Shown here: one piece after another, positions 1-8,725 of the stretch
Layout: every line of letters starts with the position of its first letter
Numbering within the stretch: position 1 is the stretch's first letter
Source of the DNA: an uncultured Clostridia bacterium
GTDB taxonomy: Bacteria; Bacillota; Clostridia; UBA1381
DNA length: 64,000 nucleotides
Assembly: GCA_934454145.1 (NCBI GenBank)
Contig: CAKSFT010000006.1
Location: 65,149 to 129,148, forward strand
Direction: 5' to 3'
Translations under genes and position numbers: made by a program
Notes under the pieces: generated by a model
The model's database searches: none
What the model was told of the DNA's origin: nothing
The model's input: only the letters and a program-made list of their open reading frames with translations

Positions 1-518
1 AGGTCGGGGTGGATACGGTCTATGACACCGCGGATTATCTCCGCGCTCTCGATGCCGGTTGTTCCCAGTACTCCCGGCGCCATCGCATACACCGAAGAAA
101 TTTCGTCACTGAGCAAATCCTTCTTGTATTCTTTTATATGCCCCGTCACCATAAGCTTTTTCACCACATCGGGCCCCAGGGCATCGGGCGTTATGCGGTG
201 GTTTCCCAGCCCGACGACAAGCGTCTTTGCGCCGCTTTTATTTTTTGCCATTGCCCGTATCTCCCCTGCCAGCAAGCGGCATGTGTCCTCATACACCTTG
301 ATGCTGTACTTTATGTCCGGGGCTTCAATGGTGACATAACGCCCCTTGGGCTTGCCCAGGGCGTCCTCCCCGTTTTTGTTTGTTATGTCAATTCTGGTTA
401 TGCTGATTCCGTTTTCTTCTCTTATGTCCACCGAAACACCGTCGATTTTTTCCTCTTCTTCTGCCTCTGACGCACACATTTCATGTGCTTCCAGTGCAAG
501 GTCTGTGCGTACTGCCAT
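1..518 (-). CDS. gpr: Germination (spore) protease Gpr, N-terminal part; the gene runs off the left edge
   Basis: Absent from the ORF track because it is open at the window edge. My minus-strand translation from the ATG at 518 gives MAVRTDLALEAHEMC...VTIEAPDIKY...LVVGLGNHRITPDALGPDVV. The RTDLALE start and GLGN..TPDALGP block are typical of GPR endopeptidase. A G-rich SD-like run lies just upstream. Confidence 0.8.
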   Translation of the reverse strand, partial: MAVRTDLALEAHEMCASEAEEEEKIDGVSVDIREENGISITRIDITNKNGEDALGKPKGRYVTIEAPDIKYSIKVYEDTCRLLAGEIRAMAKNKSGAKTLVVGLGNHRITPDALGPDVVKKLMVTGHIKEYKKDLLSDEISSVYAMAPGVLGTTGIESAEIIRGVIDRIHPD

Positions 519-595
519 AAGTCCCCCCGCTTTCTGTGTTTTTTGAAATATATGTTATTCTGCCCGCCAAAACGGCAAAATATGCATGAAAATCA

Positions 596-624
596 TTGAC
601 TTTCCAATATGGGTTTAGTATAAT
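596..624 (+). promoter_or_regulatory. Sigma-70-type promoter: TTGACT, 17 nt spacer, TATAAT
   Basis: TTGACT at 596-601, exactly 17 nt of spacer, TATAAT at 619-624. It sits 35 nt upstream of the micro-ORF start. Confidence 0.6.
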
Positions 625-659
625 AACATATAATTATTATATAATTGGGGGTGTACATC

Positions 660-719
660 ATGCCGAGGGGCAAGAAAAGAAATAAAGCACACCCCACTCC
701 GAAAAAGCAAAGGCTGTAA
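660..719 (+). CDS. Candidate 19-aa Lys/Arg-rich micro-protein (MPRGKKRNKAHPTPKKQRL), or an sRNA
   Basis: GGGGGTG SD-like motif 6 nt upstream of the ATG, a consensus promoter upstream, and a stop codon embedded in a strong terminator hairpin. Too short for the ORF track. Confidence 0.3.
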   Translation: MPRGKKRNKAHPTPKKQRL

Positions 720-751
720 AAAAACTCTGAAGTTTTTTTACAGCCTTTTTT
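712..751. terminator. Bidirectional intrinsic terminator hairpin GGCTGTAAAAAAA/TTTTTTTACAGCC
   Basis: 13-bp stem at 712-745 with a T-run on the plus side and an A-run (T-run on the minus strand) on the other. It lies between the convergent micro-ORF and DUF3006 gene. Confidence 0.7.
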
Positions 752-948
752 TAGTCGACAAACAATCTGTTCATCTTTTCCCTTATGCGCTTTTTCCTCT
801 TTTCTTCTTCGTCACGGGAAATTTCCACGTGAATCACACTTCCCTCCGCGGTCCCTTCGGGGAGTGCCGCAAGCGGAATATCCACAAATCCACCATCGGT
901 TTCAACAACCGCCGTGTCATTTTCAATACGGTCTACTGTCCAAAACAT
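751..948 (-). CDS. DUF3006-family small protein
   Basis: 65 aa. The pattern VDRIENDTAVVE...IPLAALPEGTAEGSVI followed by a basic tail resembles DUF3006. Confidence 0.6.
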   Translation of the reverse strand: MFWTVDRIENDTAVVETDGGFVDIPLAALPEGTAEGSVIHVEISRDEEEKRKKRIREKMNRLFVD

Positions 949-1007
949 ATCATCACACTCCTGATTATATGTTTATTTTACCACACAAAGCGCATACCGT
1001 CAACATC

Positions 1008-1850
1008 TTATACAATTTTTTTCAGATATTCAAAGCCTTTTCTGATGCCTTCAATACAGTCCTCACTGCCTTCATATTCAATGTCAATATGCCCGTCAAA
1101 TCCTGCTTTTTTGAGTATCGCCACGCATTGTGCCACCGGCACGTCGCCCGACCCCACCGAAACACCTTTGAGATAATTGCAGCCCCTTGTCTGCAAAAGC
1201 CCCTCGGGATTTTTGCAATCGGCAAAGTCCATCCTCACAAAATCTTTTGCATGTGCCAGAAAAGCAAAATTTGCAACCCTCGACAATGCCATTGCCGGGT
1301 TTTCGTCTGCACACATAAAATTCCCCATGTCGGCAAGCAAGCCATAGTTCGGGTGGTTCACCGCATTGATAAACCGCTCCATTCTGTCGCTGTCCTGGCA
1401 TATAAAACCATGGTTTTCACTCATGGTCTTTATCCCTTTTGATGCGGCATATTCGGTCACTTTTCTCACATTTGCCGCCGCATACGGGAGCATCTCGTCA
1501 AAAGAACGGAACTCCCCGTAAGAAAACGAGATATCATGCCTGAAAAACTTTACGCCCAGGATTTCTGCCACATCAACGCATTCTTTCAGACGTTCAATTT
1601 CTTCTTGTGCGTCTTTTTTTGAAAAATCCGCACCGACAACATATGCAGAAATCCTTATTCCGCATTTTTCCGCCTCATCGCGCAGTTCTTTTGCACACTC
1701 TTGCACGGTTTTGCCGTCGGACGGCACAATGTCCGTAAACTCTATATACTCAAAGCCCATGTCTGATGCCGCCTTGATGGTGTCCTTCATTGTCATTTCT
1801 CCGGTTCTGATTTTCTGTGCAAAAGAATATGAGCTTACTCCAATCTTCAT
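1008..1850 (-). CDS. Sugar phosphate isomerase/epimerase (xylose-isomerase-like TIM barrel)
   Basis: 280 aa. MKIGVSSYSF...GFEYIEF start and overall AP-endonuclease-2/TIM pattern. Confidence 0.75.
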   Translation of the reverse strand: MKIGVSSYSFAQKIRTGEMTMKDTIKAASDMGFEYIEFTDIVPSDGKTVQECAKELRDEAEKCGIRISAYVVGADFSKKDAQEEIERLKECVDVAEILGVKFFRHDISFSYGEFRSFDEMLPYAAANVRKVTEYAASKGIKTMSENHGFICQDSDRMERFINAVNHPNYGLLADMGNFMCADENPAMALSRVANFAFLAHAKDFVRMDFADCKNPEGLLQTRGCNYLKGVSVGSGDVPVAQCVAILKKAGFDGHIDIEYEGSEDCIEGIRKGFEYLKKIV

Positions 1851-1872
1851 AAAACAACCATTCCTCTCTGTT

Positions 1873-2934
1873 TTATTTCACAACAACTTCATGCCCCGTT
1901 TTTGCGGATTCATAAATTGCGTCAAGGATTTTCATAATCACCACACCGTCCTCTGCCGGCGCAATGCACTTCGTTCCGTTTTGGATACAATCTGCAAAAT
2001 GTGCCATTTCCGCCTCAAACATATCTGTTGAGAACTTGTAATTCTCCGTCTTTGGTGTGACGTCTGCCAAATATCCGTTCATCTCGGTGAAAATCTTCAT
2101 GCCCTGCCCGTCAATCTTTATGCCGCCCTTGTCGCCAAAAAATTGTTTTTCGGTCTTTTCCTCACCGTTAAGGCTATAGCTTGTTTCCAGAAGTGTTGTT
2201 TTTCCGCCTTCATATCTTATCATTGCTGTTGCAAAATCTTCCACATTAAAGATATCGTCAGGCTTTGCGTCCTTCGGTTTCCAGCCCACATCTGTCTTTA
2301 AATACTTCCTGTCCTTAAGCTTGTCAGAAGTCACGGCAGTCACGGTCAACGGCTTGGGATTCCCCATAAGGCAGCGCGTCAGGTCAATCACATGCACACC
2401 CAAATCAATAACGGGGCCGCCGCCCGAAAGCTTTTTGTTTGAAAACCAGCCGCCCGGAGAGCCGTGGCGTCTTAAATATGTAGCCTTTGAATAATATATG
2501 TCACCCAGATATCCATTGTCGATAAAATCCTTTGTTATAAGGCTTTCCGGGTCAAATCTCAGCACAAATCCAATCATCAGCAGTCTGTCGTTGCGCTTTG
2601 CCGCCGCAAGCATGTCCTCTGCCTCCTGCACATTCATCGCCATCGGCTTTTCGCACAAAACGTGCAGCCCTGCGTCAAGCGCCTCCATGGTGCACTTTGC
2701 ATGGTTGCAATTCCACACGCACACGTCCGCCGCGTCAAGCTGTTCTGCCGCAAGCATCTCGGTTTCGGATGCGTATCTTTTTTCAATTCCAAAGATATCT
2801 GCAGTTTCCTTCATGCGGTCGGCATTTATGTCGCATATTGCGGCAATTTCCACATTGTCAAGTTTTTTATAAGCTTTCAGGTGCGCGTTTGCAATGTTCC
2901 CCGCGCCAACCAAACCTATTCTCAGTTTTTTCAT
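1873..2934 (-). CDS. Gfo/Idh/MocA family NAD(P)-dependent oxidoreductase
   Basis: 353 aa. N-terminal Rossmann motif RIGLVGAGNIANAHL and EKPMA motif. Confidence 0.85.
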   Translation of the reverse strand: MKKLRIGLVGAGNIANAHLKAYKKLDNVEIAAICDINADRMKETADIFGIEKRYASETEMLAAEQLDAADVCVWNCNHAKCTMEALDAGLHVLCEKPMAMNVQEAEDMLAAAKRNDRLLMIGFVLRFDPESLITKDFIDNGYLGDIYYSKATYLRRHGSPGGWFSNKKLSGGGPVIDLGVHVIDLTRCLMGNPKPLTVTAVTSDKLKDRKYLKTDVGWKPKDAKPDDIFNVEDFATAMIRYEGGKTTLLETSYSLNGEEKTEKQFFGDKGGIKIDGQGMKIFTEMNGYLADVTPKTENYKFSTDMFEAEMAHFADCIQNGTKCIAPAEDGVVIMKILDAIYESAKTGHEVVVK

Positions 2935-2991
2935 TTTTATATCCCTTTCCTTTCACTCTGCATGCTTCCCCTGTTTTGTTCAGCCGATACT

Positions 2992-3849
2992 TTAGTTTTT
3001 GTTTATGATTTCTGTCAGATATTCCGCCGCTTTCCTGATGTCTGCCGCCGGGTTGTCACCGCATTCTCTTTCTATTGTCAAGAATCCTCTGTATCCGATG
3101 TCCTCCAAGGCCGCAAGATATTCTGCAAACGGCACACTGCCCTCTCCCAGGGGAACTTCTTCAAAAAATCCGCCGTGCATATATTCTTCGGGTATCGGGT
3201 GCACAACTCCGTAAATAAATTCCGGATTTGACTCCTTCAGCTTGATTCCGTCTTTTGCATGTGTGTGCACAATATAGTCACGCAAAGTATACACCGCCTT
3301 CACAGGATCGTCGCCCGTGACCATTGCAAGGTTTGCCGGGTCAAGATTCACCGCGACACCCGACGAGCCGAGCGAATCAAGAAATGTCTTAAGCGTTTCG
3401 GCACGCTCCGGTCCCGTTTCGACAGCAAAGTGAGAACCAAGGCTGTCGGCAAATTCCGCCAGTTCGCGGCACGCCTCCTGCATAATTTTGTATCTGTCGG
3501 CGCCGCTGTCCCCCGGCACAACGCCAATATGCGTTGTAACAATATTGCACCCCAGTTCCTTTGCCAGCTCCATTATGCGCTTTGACTTTTCAACATTTAT
3601 TTTGTTTTCTGCGACATTGCCGAAGCCTTTCCCCAGGTCACCGCATATCGCCGAGAAAACCAATCCGTTTGATTTTGCAATGTCGAGCACCTCCTTGATT
3701 TTTGCGCTCGTCATGTTTTCGGGCGCATGTTCGCCGTTGGTGCAATACATCTGCAATCCTTTTGCCCCCAGTTCTCTTGCGTATTCCGCCGCCTGTCTGA
3801 AATCCTTTCTGAAAGATTCCACCATGACGCCTATTGGAAATTTAAACAT
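2992..3849 (-). CDS. Sugar phosphate isomerase/epimerase (TIM barrel), second copy
   Basis: 285 aa. TIM-barrel isomerase-like. It is the first gene of a three-gene minus-strand operon divergent from the AraC regulator. Confidence 0.75.
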   Translation of the reverse strand: MFKFPIGVMVESFRKDFRQAAEYARELGAKGLQMYCTNGEHAPENMTSAKIKEVLDIAKSNGLVFSAICGDLGKGFGNVAENKINVEKSKRIMELAKELGCNIVTTHIGVVPGDSGADRYKIMQEACRELAEFADSLGSHFAVETGPERAETLKTFLDSLGSSGVAVNLDPANLAMVTGDDPVKAVYTLRDYIVHTHAKDGIKLKESNPEFIYGVVHPIPEEYMHGGFFEEVPLGEGSVPFAEYLAALEDIGYRGFLTIERECGDNPAADIRKAAEYLTEIINKN

Positions 3850-3992
3850 AAAACAACACCTCTTCCTTTTAAAATATATTGCTTTTTTTGTATTTTTATT
3901 GTATAATCAACTTATAAAAAAGTCAATAATATATATTGCCCAAAAATAACAAAATATTGCTTTTTGGAAATTTTTACGAAAGGAAAACCGCA

Positions 3993-4820
3993 ATGCAAAA
4001 AATCTACGAAACACACCGTCTGAATGACAAACCGCTCCCATTTATATTCCATCTTGACACAATAACAAAACAATACTTTGACTCTGCCACGATGAACTGG
4101 CACCCAAACATAGAAATTCTTTATTTTGTGGACGGAGAGGGCACTGTCAGATGTGACACGGAAGAACACAGCGTGCAGAAGGAAGATATATTCTTAGTCA
4201 ACTCAAACCTCAGTCATGTCATTCTTTCCGATTCCGTTATACGCTATCATTGCCTCATAATCGACAATGAATTTTGCATTGCAAACAATATCGACTGCGA
4301 AAGCACAATATTTAAGAACCTCATCAAGGATTCCGAAGCTGTCGGGCTGTACCGCAACGTGATAAACGAATATGAAAAAAACGACCCGTACCGCAATGCC
4401 GGCATAAAATCGGCAGTTTTGCGGCTTATGGTTTATATAGCCAGAAATTATACCGATTCCGTGTCCGGCATGAAAAATCACGGCGGAGCAAAAACGGAAA
4501 ATATACGCCGCGCTCTGCGCTTTATACGCTCACATTCTGCTGAGCCCCTTACCCTCGACATGATTGCCTCACATGCCGGGCTCAGCAAATACTACTTTCT
4601 GCGTGAGTTCAAATCCGCAACCGGCTACACCCCGACGGCATACATCAACAAAATGCGCTGTGAAAATGCAAAAAAACTGCTTCTTTCCTCCTCCCTCAGC
4701 ATATCGGAGGTATGTGATAAAACAGGATTTGAAAACCTTTCGTATTTTTCAAAAAAATTTAAAGAATCGGAGGGCTGCACACCCTCCCAATATATAAAAA
4801 AATATTTCCCCCCAAAATAA
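3993..4820 (+). CDS. AraC family transcriptional regulator (cupin N-domain plus HTH_AraC)
   Basis: The C-terminal part (LTLDMIASHAGLSKYYFLREFK...TPTAYINKMRCENAKKLL...SISEVCDKTGFENLSYFSKKFK) is a classic AraC double HTH. I prefer the ATG at 3993 (MQKIYE, preceded by AAAGGAAAA) over the track start at 3936. Confidence 0.85.
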   Translation: MQKIYETHRLNDKPLPFIFHLDTITKQYFDSATMNWHPNIEILYFVDGEGTVRCDTEEHSVQKEDIFLVNSNLSHVILSDSVIRYHCLIIDNEFCIANNIDCESTIFKNLIKDSEAVGLYRNVINEYEKNDPYRNAGIKSAVLRLMVYIARNYTDSVSGMKNHGGAKTENIRRALRFIRSHSAEPLTLDMIASHAGLSKYYFLREFKSATGYTPTAYINKMRCENAKKLLLSSSLSISEVCDKTGFENLSYFSKKFKESEGCTPSQYIKKYFPPK

Positions 4821-4849
4821 AAATACAGCCTCATGGCTGTATTTTTATT

Positions 4850-6187
4850 TTATTCATTTTCCATTTTGTCAAGCACATTTTTCTTGATGTTTCTGTACAT
4901 AAACAAGCACATCAAAGCGCCCACAACCTCGGCAATACACATCGAGAACCATACGTATTCCAAGCCAAACAAATTCTTCAGAATAAACGCAAGCGGCAAT
5001 ATCACCACAAGCTGACGTGAAATTGAAACTATCATGCTGAGGTATGCCCTGCCGAGCGCCTGGAAACACGAAGAATAAACGATTGAAAGCCCGGAAAAGC
5101 AAAAGCCTATACATATGATGCGCAGTGCAGGCACTCCGATTCTCAAAAGTTCCGCATTTGCGTTGAATATCGCAAGGAACATGGCAGGGAACAGCTCAAA
5201 CAGCACCGTGCCGAGTGCCATAATCGACAAAGCAATGATAAGCGCAAGCCTTGCGGCTTTTATAATCCTGTCATGCTTGAGTGCGCCGTAATTGTATGCC
5301 ACAATCGGTATCAGGGCGCCCGTCAGCCCGAATATCGGCATAAATATGAAGCTGTGCAGTTTATAATACACGCCAAACACAGCTATTGCAGTGTCGTTTG
5401 CCAAAATCTTGTTCATGCCTACCGTCATAATTGATATAATCGACTGCATGATTATCGACGGCACGGCTATTTTATAAATTTCTTTAATCATTTGCCCGTC
5501 AAGACGGAATCCCTTTAAGGACAAGGATATTTCTTTGTTTTTCCATGTGTTCAAAGCAAACGCAAATATCATTGCGCCCCACTGTCCTATGACCGTCGCC
5601 CACGCCGCGCCGGCAATACCCATTTTCAGGGTAAATATAAAAATCGGGTCGAGAATTATATTTATAACCGCACCCATAATCTGTGATGTCATGCTGAACA
5701 TCGTTTTGCCTGTGGATATAAGCAGTTTTTCCGCCACAATCTGCATAAAGCACCCCAGGGAAAACACGGTGCATATCCACATATATTCCGCCGCCATTTT
5801 GACGGTTTCTGTGTCTTGTGTGAAAAATCCAAAAATTTTATCGGCAGTGATTCCGCCGAAGACAGCAAATACAAGCGAAGTCACAACCCCCAAAAACACA
5901 CCGTTCAGCGCCGCGCGCCCTGCCGCCGCGCGGTCGCCTTCGCCCAGCTTTCGCGACAAGACCGAATTTATACCGATTCCCGTACCTGCCGCAAAGGCAA
6001 TCATCAGAGTCTGAATCGGGAAGCACAGCGACACCGCCGTCAATGCCTTGTCACTGTAGCGCGCCACAAACACACTGTCCACAATGTTATACATAGACTG
6101 CACAAGCATGGAAATCATCATCGGCAGTGACATTGTGATGAGCAGCTTATTTATGCCCATGGTACCCATTTTGTTTTCTTTTTCCAT
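4850..6187 (-). CDS. MATE family efflux transporter
   Basis: ~445 aa polytopic protein. N-terminal KLL..SLPMMISMLVQSMYNIVDSVFV is typical of MATE. The exact start is uncertain (ATG 6187 or an internal ATG). Confidence 0.85.
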   Translation of the reverse strand: MEKENKMGTMGINKLLITMSLPMMISMLVQSMYNIVDSVFVARYSDKALTAVSLCFPIQTLMIAFAAGTGIGINSVLSRKLGEGDRAAAGRAALNGVFLGVVTSLVFAVFGGITADKIFGFFTQDTETVKMAAEYMWICTVFSLGCFMQIVAEKLLISTGKTMFSMTSQIMGAVINIILDPIFIFTLKMGIAGAAWATVIGQWGAMIFAFALNTWKNKEISLSLKGFRLDGQMIKEIYKIAVPSIIMQSIISIMTVGMNKILANDTAIAVFGVYYKLHSFIFMPIFGLTGALIPIVAYNYGALKHDRIIKAARLALIIALSIMALGTVLFELFPAMFLAIFNANAELLRIGVPALRIICIGFCFSGLSIVYSSCFQALGRAYLSMIVSISRQLVVILPLAFILKNLFGLEYVWFSMCIAEVVGALMCLFMYRNIKKNVLDKMENE

Positions 6188-6263
6188 CAAATTTCGTCAA
6201 TCCTTTTTTCAGTTATATATGAGGAGGCAAAACCCCGGAGTTTTTGCCTCCTCTGCTTCCCGG

Positions 6264-6449
6264 AGGGGATAGAAAAAAAGCTTTGGAATTAACAAACTGA
6301 ACCAAAGCTTTAGCTTTGGGTTACCCGACGGCGTACATGGGTACGCCAAGCGGTTAAGTTTGTTGATAGCAAGAAACGAAAAATCATATTCTCTATAATG
6401 TGTGCTTTACTTCTTTTCTTGCGTTCCGGAATTTTTTTACATTCCCTCC
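6264..6449 (-). ncRNA. Candidate structured RNA, repeat family 2 copy 1 (three-way junction plus intrinsic terminator)
   Basis: Nested helices:
- AACAAACT 6291-6298 / AGTTTGTT 6357-6364
- CCAAAGC 6302-6308 / GCTTTGG 6313-6319
- GGCGTAC 6330-6336 / GTACGCC 6341-6347
- GCAAGAAA 6369-6376 / TTTCTTGC 6415-6422
On the minus strand the element ends in AAAGCTTTGG...CCAAAGCTTT plus a U-run. A second copy lies at 35302-35539. Confidence 0.35.
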
Positions 6450-6488
6450 GCATATTTGCAAAGACACCCTTGGCTTTGCAAGTGTTTA

Positions 6489-7640
6489 TCAAACTATATA
6501 ATCAGCCGGGCGCTCTTCTTCCAGACCATATCTGTTCAGAATCGCACTGATAATCCTCCCCGAGGCATTTCCGTCCCCATACGGATTTGCCGCATGCGCC
6601 ATCTTTTTGTAGCTTTCTTCATTGTCAAGCAAATCCTTTGCCATTGCAACAATATCTTCATATTCCACACCGGCAAGTTTCACCGTCCCTGCCTTCACGG
6701 CCTCGGGGCGTTCCGTTTCACGGCGCAAAACAAGCACAGGCTTCGCCAATGCCGGCGCCTCCTCCTGTATTCCGCCCGAATCGGTCATCACCATAAAACT
6801 GCGGTGGATAGCATTGTGCAAATCGTCCACCGTCACCGGGTCTGTCAGATGCACCCCGGGGACATCGTCAAGAATCCCAAACACTGTTTCTCTCACAGCC
6901 GGGTTCAGATGCACAGGATACACAATTTCAACATCACTGTATTCATTCACAATGGTCTTGAGTGCATTGCATATGTTCTCAAGCGGCTTGCCAAGATTTT
7001 CTCTGCGGTGTGCGGTCACCACAATCACACGCTTGTTCTCAAAGTCCAGCTCTCCCATGACCTTGTCCTGAAAAACATATCCGTCGCGCACGGTGGTCTT
7101 AAGCGCATCAATAACGGTATTTCCCGTTATGTATATATTTTCTGCATTTATATTTTCTTTCAGCAGATTTTCTTTGTTCTGCACTGTCGGCGAAAAATGC
7201 ATGTCTGCAATTCTCCCTGTCAGGTTGCGATTCATTTCTTCCGGGAAGGGTGAATATTTGTCATATGTCCTGAGCCCTGCCTCGACATGCCCCACGCTGA
7301 CCTGGTTATAAAAAGCCGCAAGTGCACCTGCAAAGCTTGTTGTTGTGTCCCCGTGCACCAAAACAATGTCAGGCTTTGCTTCTTTTATAACTCCGTCAAG
7401 TCCTTCAAGCACCCTTGTCGTAATCCCCAAAAGGCTCTGGCGCTGTTTCATGATATCCAAGTCATAGTCGGGCTTTATGCCAAACAGCTCCAAAACCTGG
7501 TCAAGCATTTCCCTGTGCTGTGCCGTAACGCAGACAACACTCTCAATCTGCGGATTTTTTTCCATTTCAATCGCAAGCGGCGCCATCTTGACAGCCTCCG
7601 GGCGCGTCCCGAAAACCGTCATCACTTTAATCTTTTTCAT
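6489..7640 (-). CDS. mnaA: UDP-N-acetylglucosamine 2-epimerase (non-hydrolysing)
   Basis: 383 aa. MKKIKVMTVFGTRPEAVKMAPL...HVEAGLRT...DSGGIQEE are WecB/MnaA signatures. Confidence 0.9.
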   Translation of the reverse strand: MKKIKVMTVFGTRPEAVKMAPLAIEMEKNPQIESVVCVTAQHREMLDQVLELFGIKPDYDLDIMKQRQSLLGITTRVLEGLDGVIKEAKPDIVLVHGDTTTSFAGALAAFYNQVSVGHVEAGLRTYDKYSPFPEEMNRNLTGRIADMHFSPTVQNKENLLKENINAENIYITGNTVIDALKTTVRDGYVFQDKVMGELDFENKRVIVVTAHRRENLGKPLENICNALKTIVNEYSDVEIVYPVHLNPAVRETVFGILDDVPGVHLTDPVTVDDLHNAIHRSFMVMTDSGGIQEEAPALAKPVLVLRRETERPEAVKAGTVKLAGVEYEDIVAMAKDLLDNEESYKKMAHAANPYGDGNASGRIISAILNRYGLEEERPADYIV

Positions 7641-8706
7641 TGTACTCCTCCTGTTCTTCTTCCTCCGTGCCCGGCTTTTTCATCATCACGCTCTGTATAA
7701 GCAAAAATACCATCACACATATAAGCAGCAATATCGCGCGCAGTGCGCCGCTTTCTGCCAGAATCACCGCCGTGATTCCCAACACACCGCTGATTGCATA
7801 AAGTATAAACACCGTCTGTTTCTGTGAAAATCCCATGTCTATCAGCCGGTGATGCAAATGTCCGCGGTCTGCTTTCATCGGGCTTTGCCCCTTCAGTATC
7901 CGCCGAATCATCGCAAAAGACGCATCAAAAAGCGGCAGTCCCAAGATAAGCAACGGCACGGCAAAGGATATCACCGCATAACTTTTGAACACTCCCTGTA
8001 TGGAAATTGTCGCAAGGATAAACCCCAGAAAAGTCGAGCCGGTGTCGCCCATGAAAATCTTTGCAGGGTTGAAATTATAAGGAAGAAACCCAAAACACGC
8101 ACCCATAAGCGCCGTCCCGATAATCGCCACCGAATATTCGCCAAGGCGCGCCGCGATAAACACAAGGCTTACAGTCATTATCGCCGAAACCCCGGCGGCA
8201 AGCCCGTCCAGCCCGTCAATAAAATTGACAGCATTTGTGATGAGCACTATCCACAAAACAGAAAAAATCACCGACGCCCACATGGGGAGCACAATATACG
8301 GCTGTCCCGACCAAACTATGGGATTTGTGAACACGTCCACACGCACTTCGCCCCACAGCACAACAATCAATGCCGCTATTATCTGTATCACAAATTTCGG
8401 TTTTGCGTCCAATGCCTTGACATCGTCCACAATCCCCATCACGGCAATTATCATGGCGCCGATCAGAATTGCGGCAAGGCTTTTGGTCATCGTCCCAAAA
8501 CACATCGCCGACACCATAAACCCAAAAATTATCGCAAGACCGCCCAGGCGCGGAATCGGCCTCTTGTGCATTCTTCTGTTATCCTTCGGCACGTCCACCG
8601 CCTTTATTTTAAACGCAAATCGCTTCACAACAGGCGTCATGGCAAACGAAAACACAAAAGCGATAACAAAGGAAAATATCAAAAATACTATCTGTTGACT
8701 TGTCAT
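7627..8706 (-). CDS. tagO: Undecaprenyl-phosphate GlcNAc-1-phosphate transferase (MraY/WecA/TagO family, GT4)
   Basis: 359 aa polytopic protein. NAVNFIDGLDGLAAG and MGDTGSTFLGF motifs. Its stop overlaps the mnaA start by 14 nt. Confidence 0.8.
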   Translation of the reverse strand: MTSQQIVFLIFSFVIAFVFSFAMTPVVKRFAFKIKAVDVPKDNRRMHKRPIPRLGGLAIIFGFMVSAMCFGTMTKSLAAILIGAMIIAVMGIVDDVKALDAKPKFVIQIIAALIVVLWGEVRVDVFTNPIVWSGQPYIVLPMWASVIFSVLWIVLITNAVNFIDGLDGLAAGVSAIMTVSLVFIAARLGEYSVAIIGTALMGACFGFLPYNFNPAKIFMGDTGSTFLGFILATISIQGVFKSYAVISFAVPLLILGLPLFDASFAMIRRILKGQSPMKADRGHLHHRLIDMGFSQKQTVFILYAISGVLGITAVILAESGALRAILLLICVMVFLLIQSVMMKKPGTEEEEQEEYNEKD

Positions 8707-8725
8707 TTTTTATTCTCCTATTGGA

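Noticed and set aside
1008-3849. Direct assignment of the TIM/oxidoreductase/TIM trio as a DgpA-DgpBC C-glycoside deglycosidase locus.
   Set aside because: As far as I recall, the characterised C-deglycosidases pair a large TIM-barrel subunit with a small (~130-150 aa) beta subunit. Here both TIM proteins are ~280 aa and no small subunit gene is present. Only a generic 3-keto-sugar/inositol-type function can be suggested.
6217-6252. Hairpin GAGGAGGCAAAA-ccccggag-TTTTTGCCTCCTC just upstream of the MATE start as a terminator.
   Set aside because: The stem is strong, but it is not followed by a T-run on either strand. It may belong to the MATE leader or be an SD-sequestering structure. The evidence is insufficient for a call.
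6191-6488. The family 2 element as a riboswitch controlling the downstream MATE efflux gene.
   Set aside because: The junction/terminator architecture is riboswitch-like, and copy 1 is correctly placed. However, the near-identical copy 2 (35302-35539) sits between convergent genes with nothing downstream. The 5' module also recurs in three other 3' UTRs. A gene-specific leader is therefore unlikely. The element is kept as an sRNA/repeat candidate instead.
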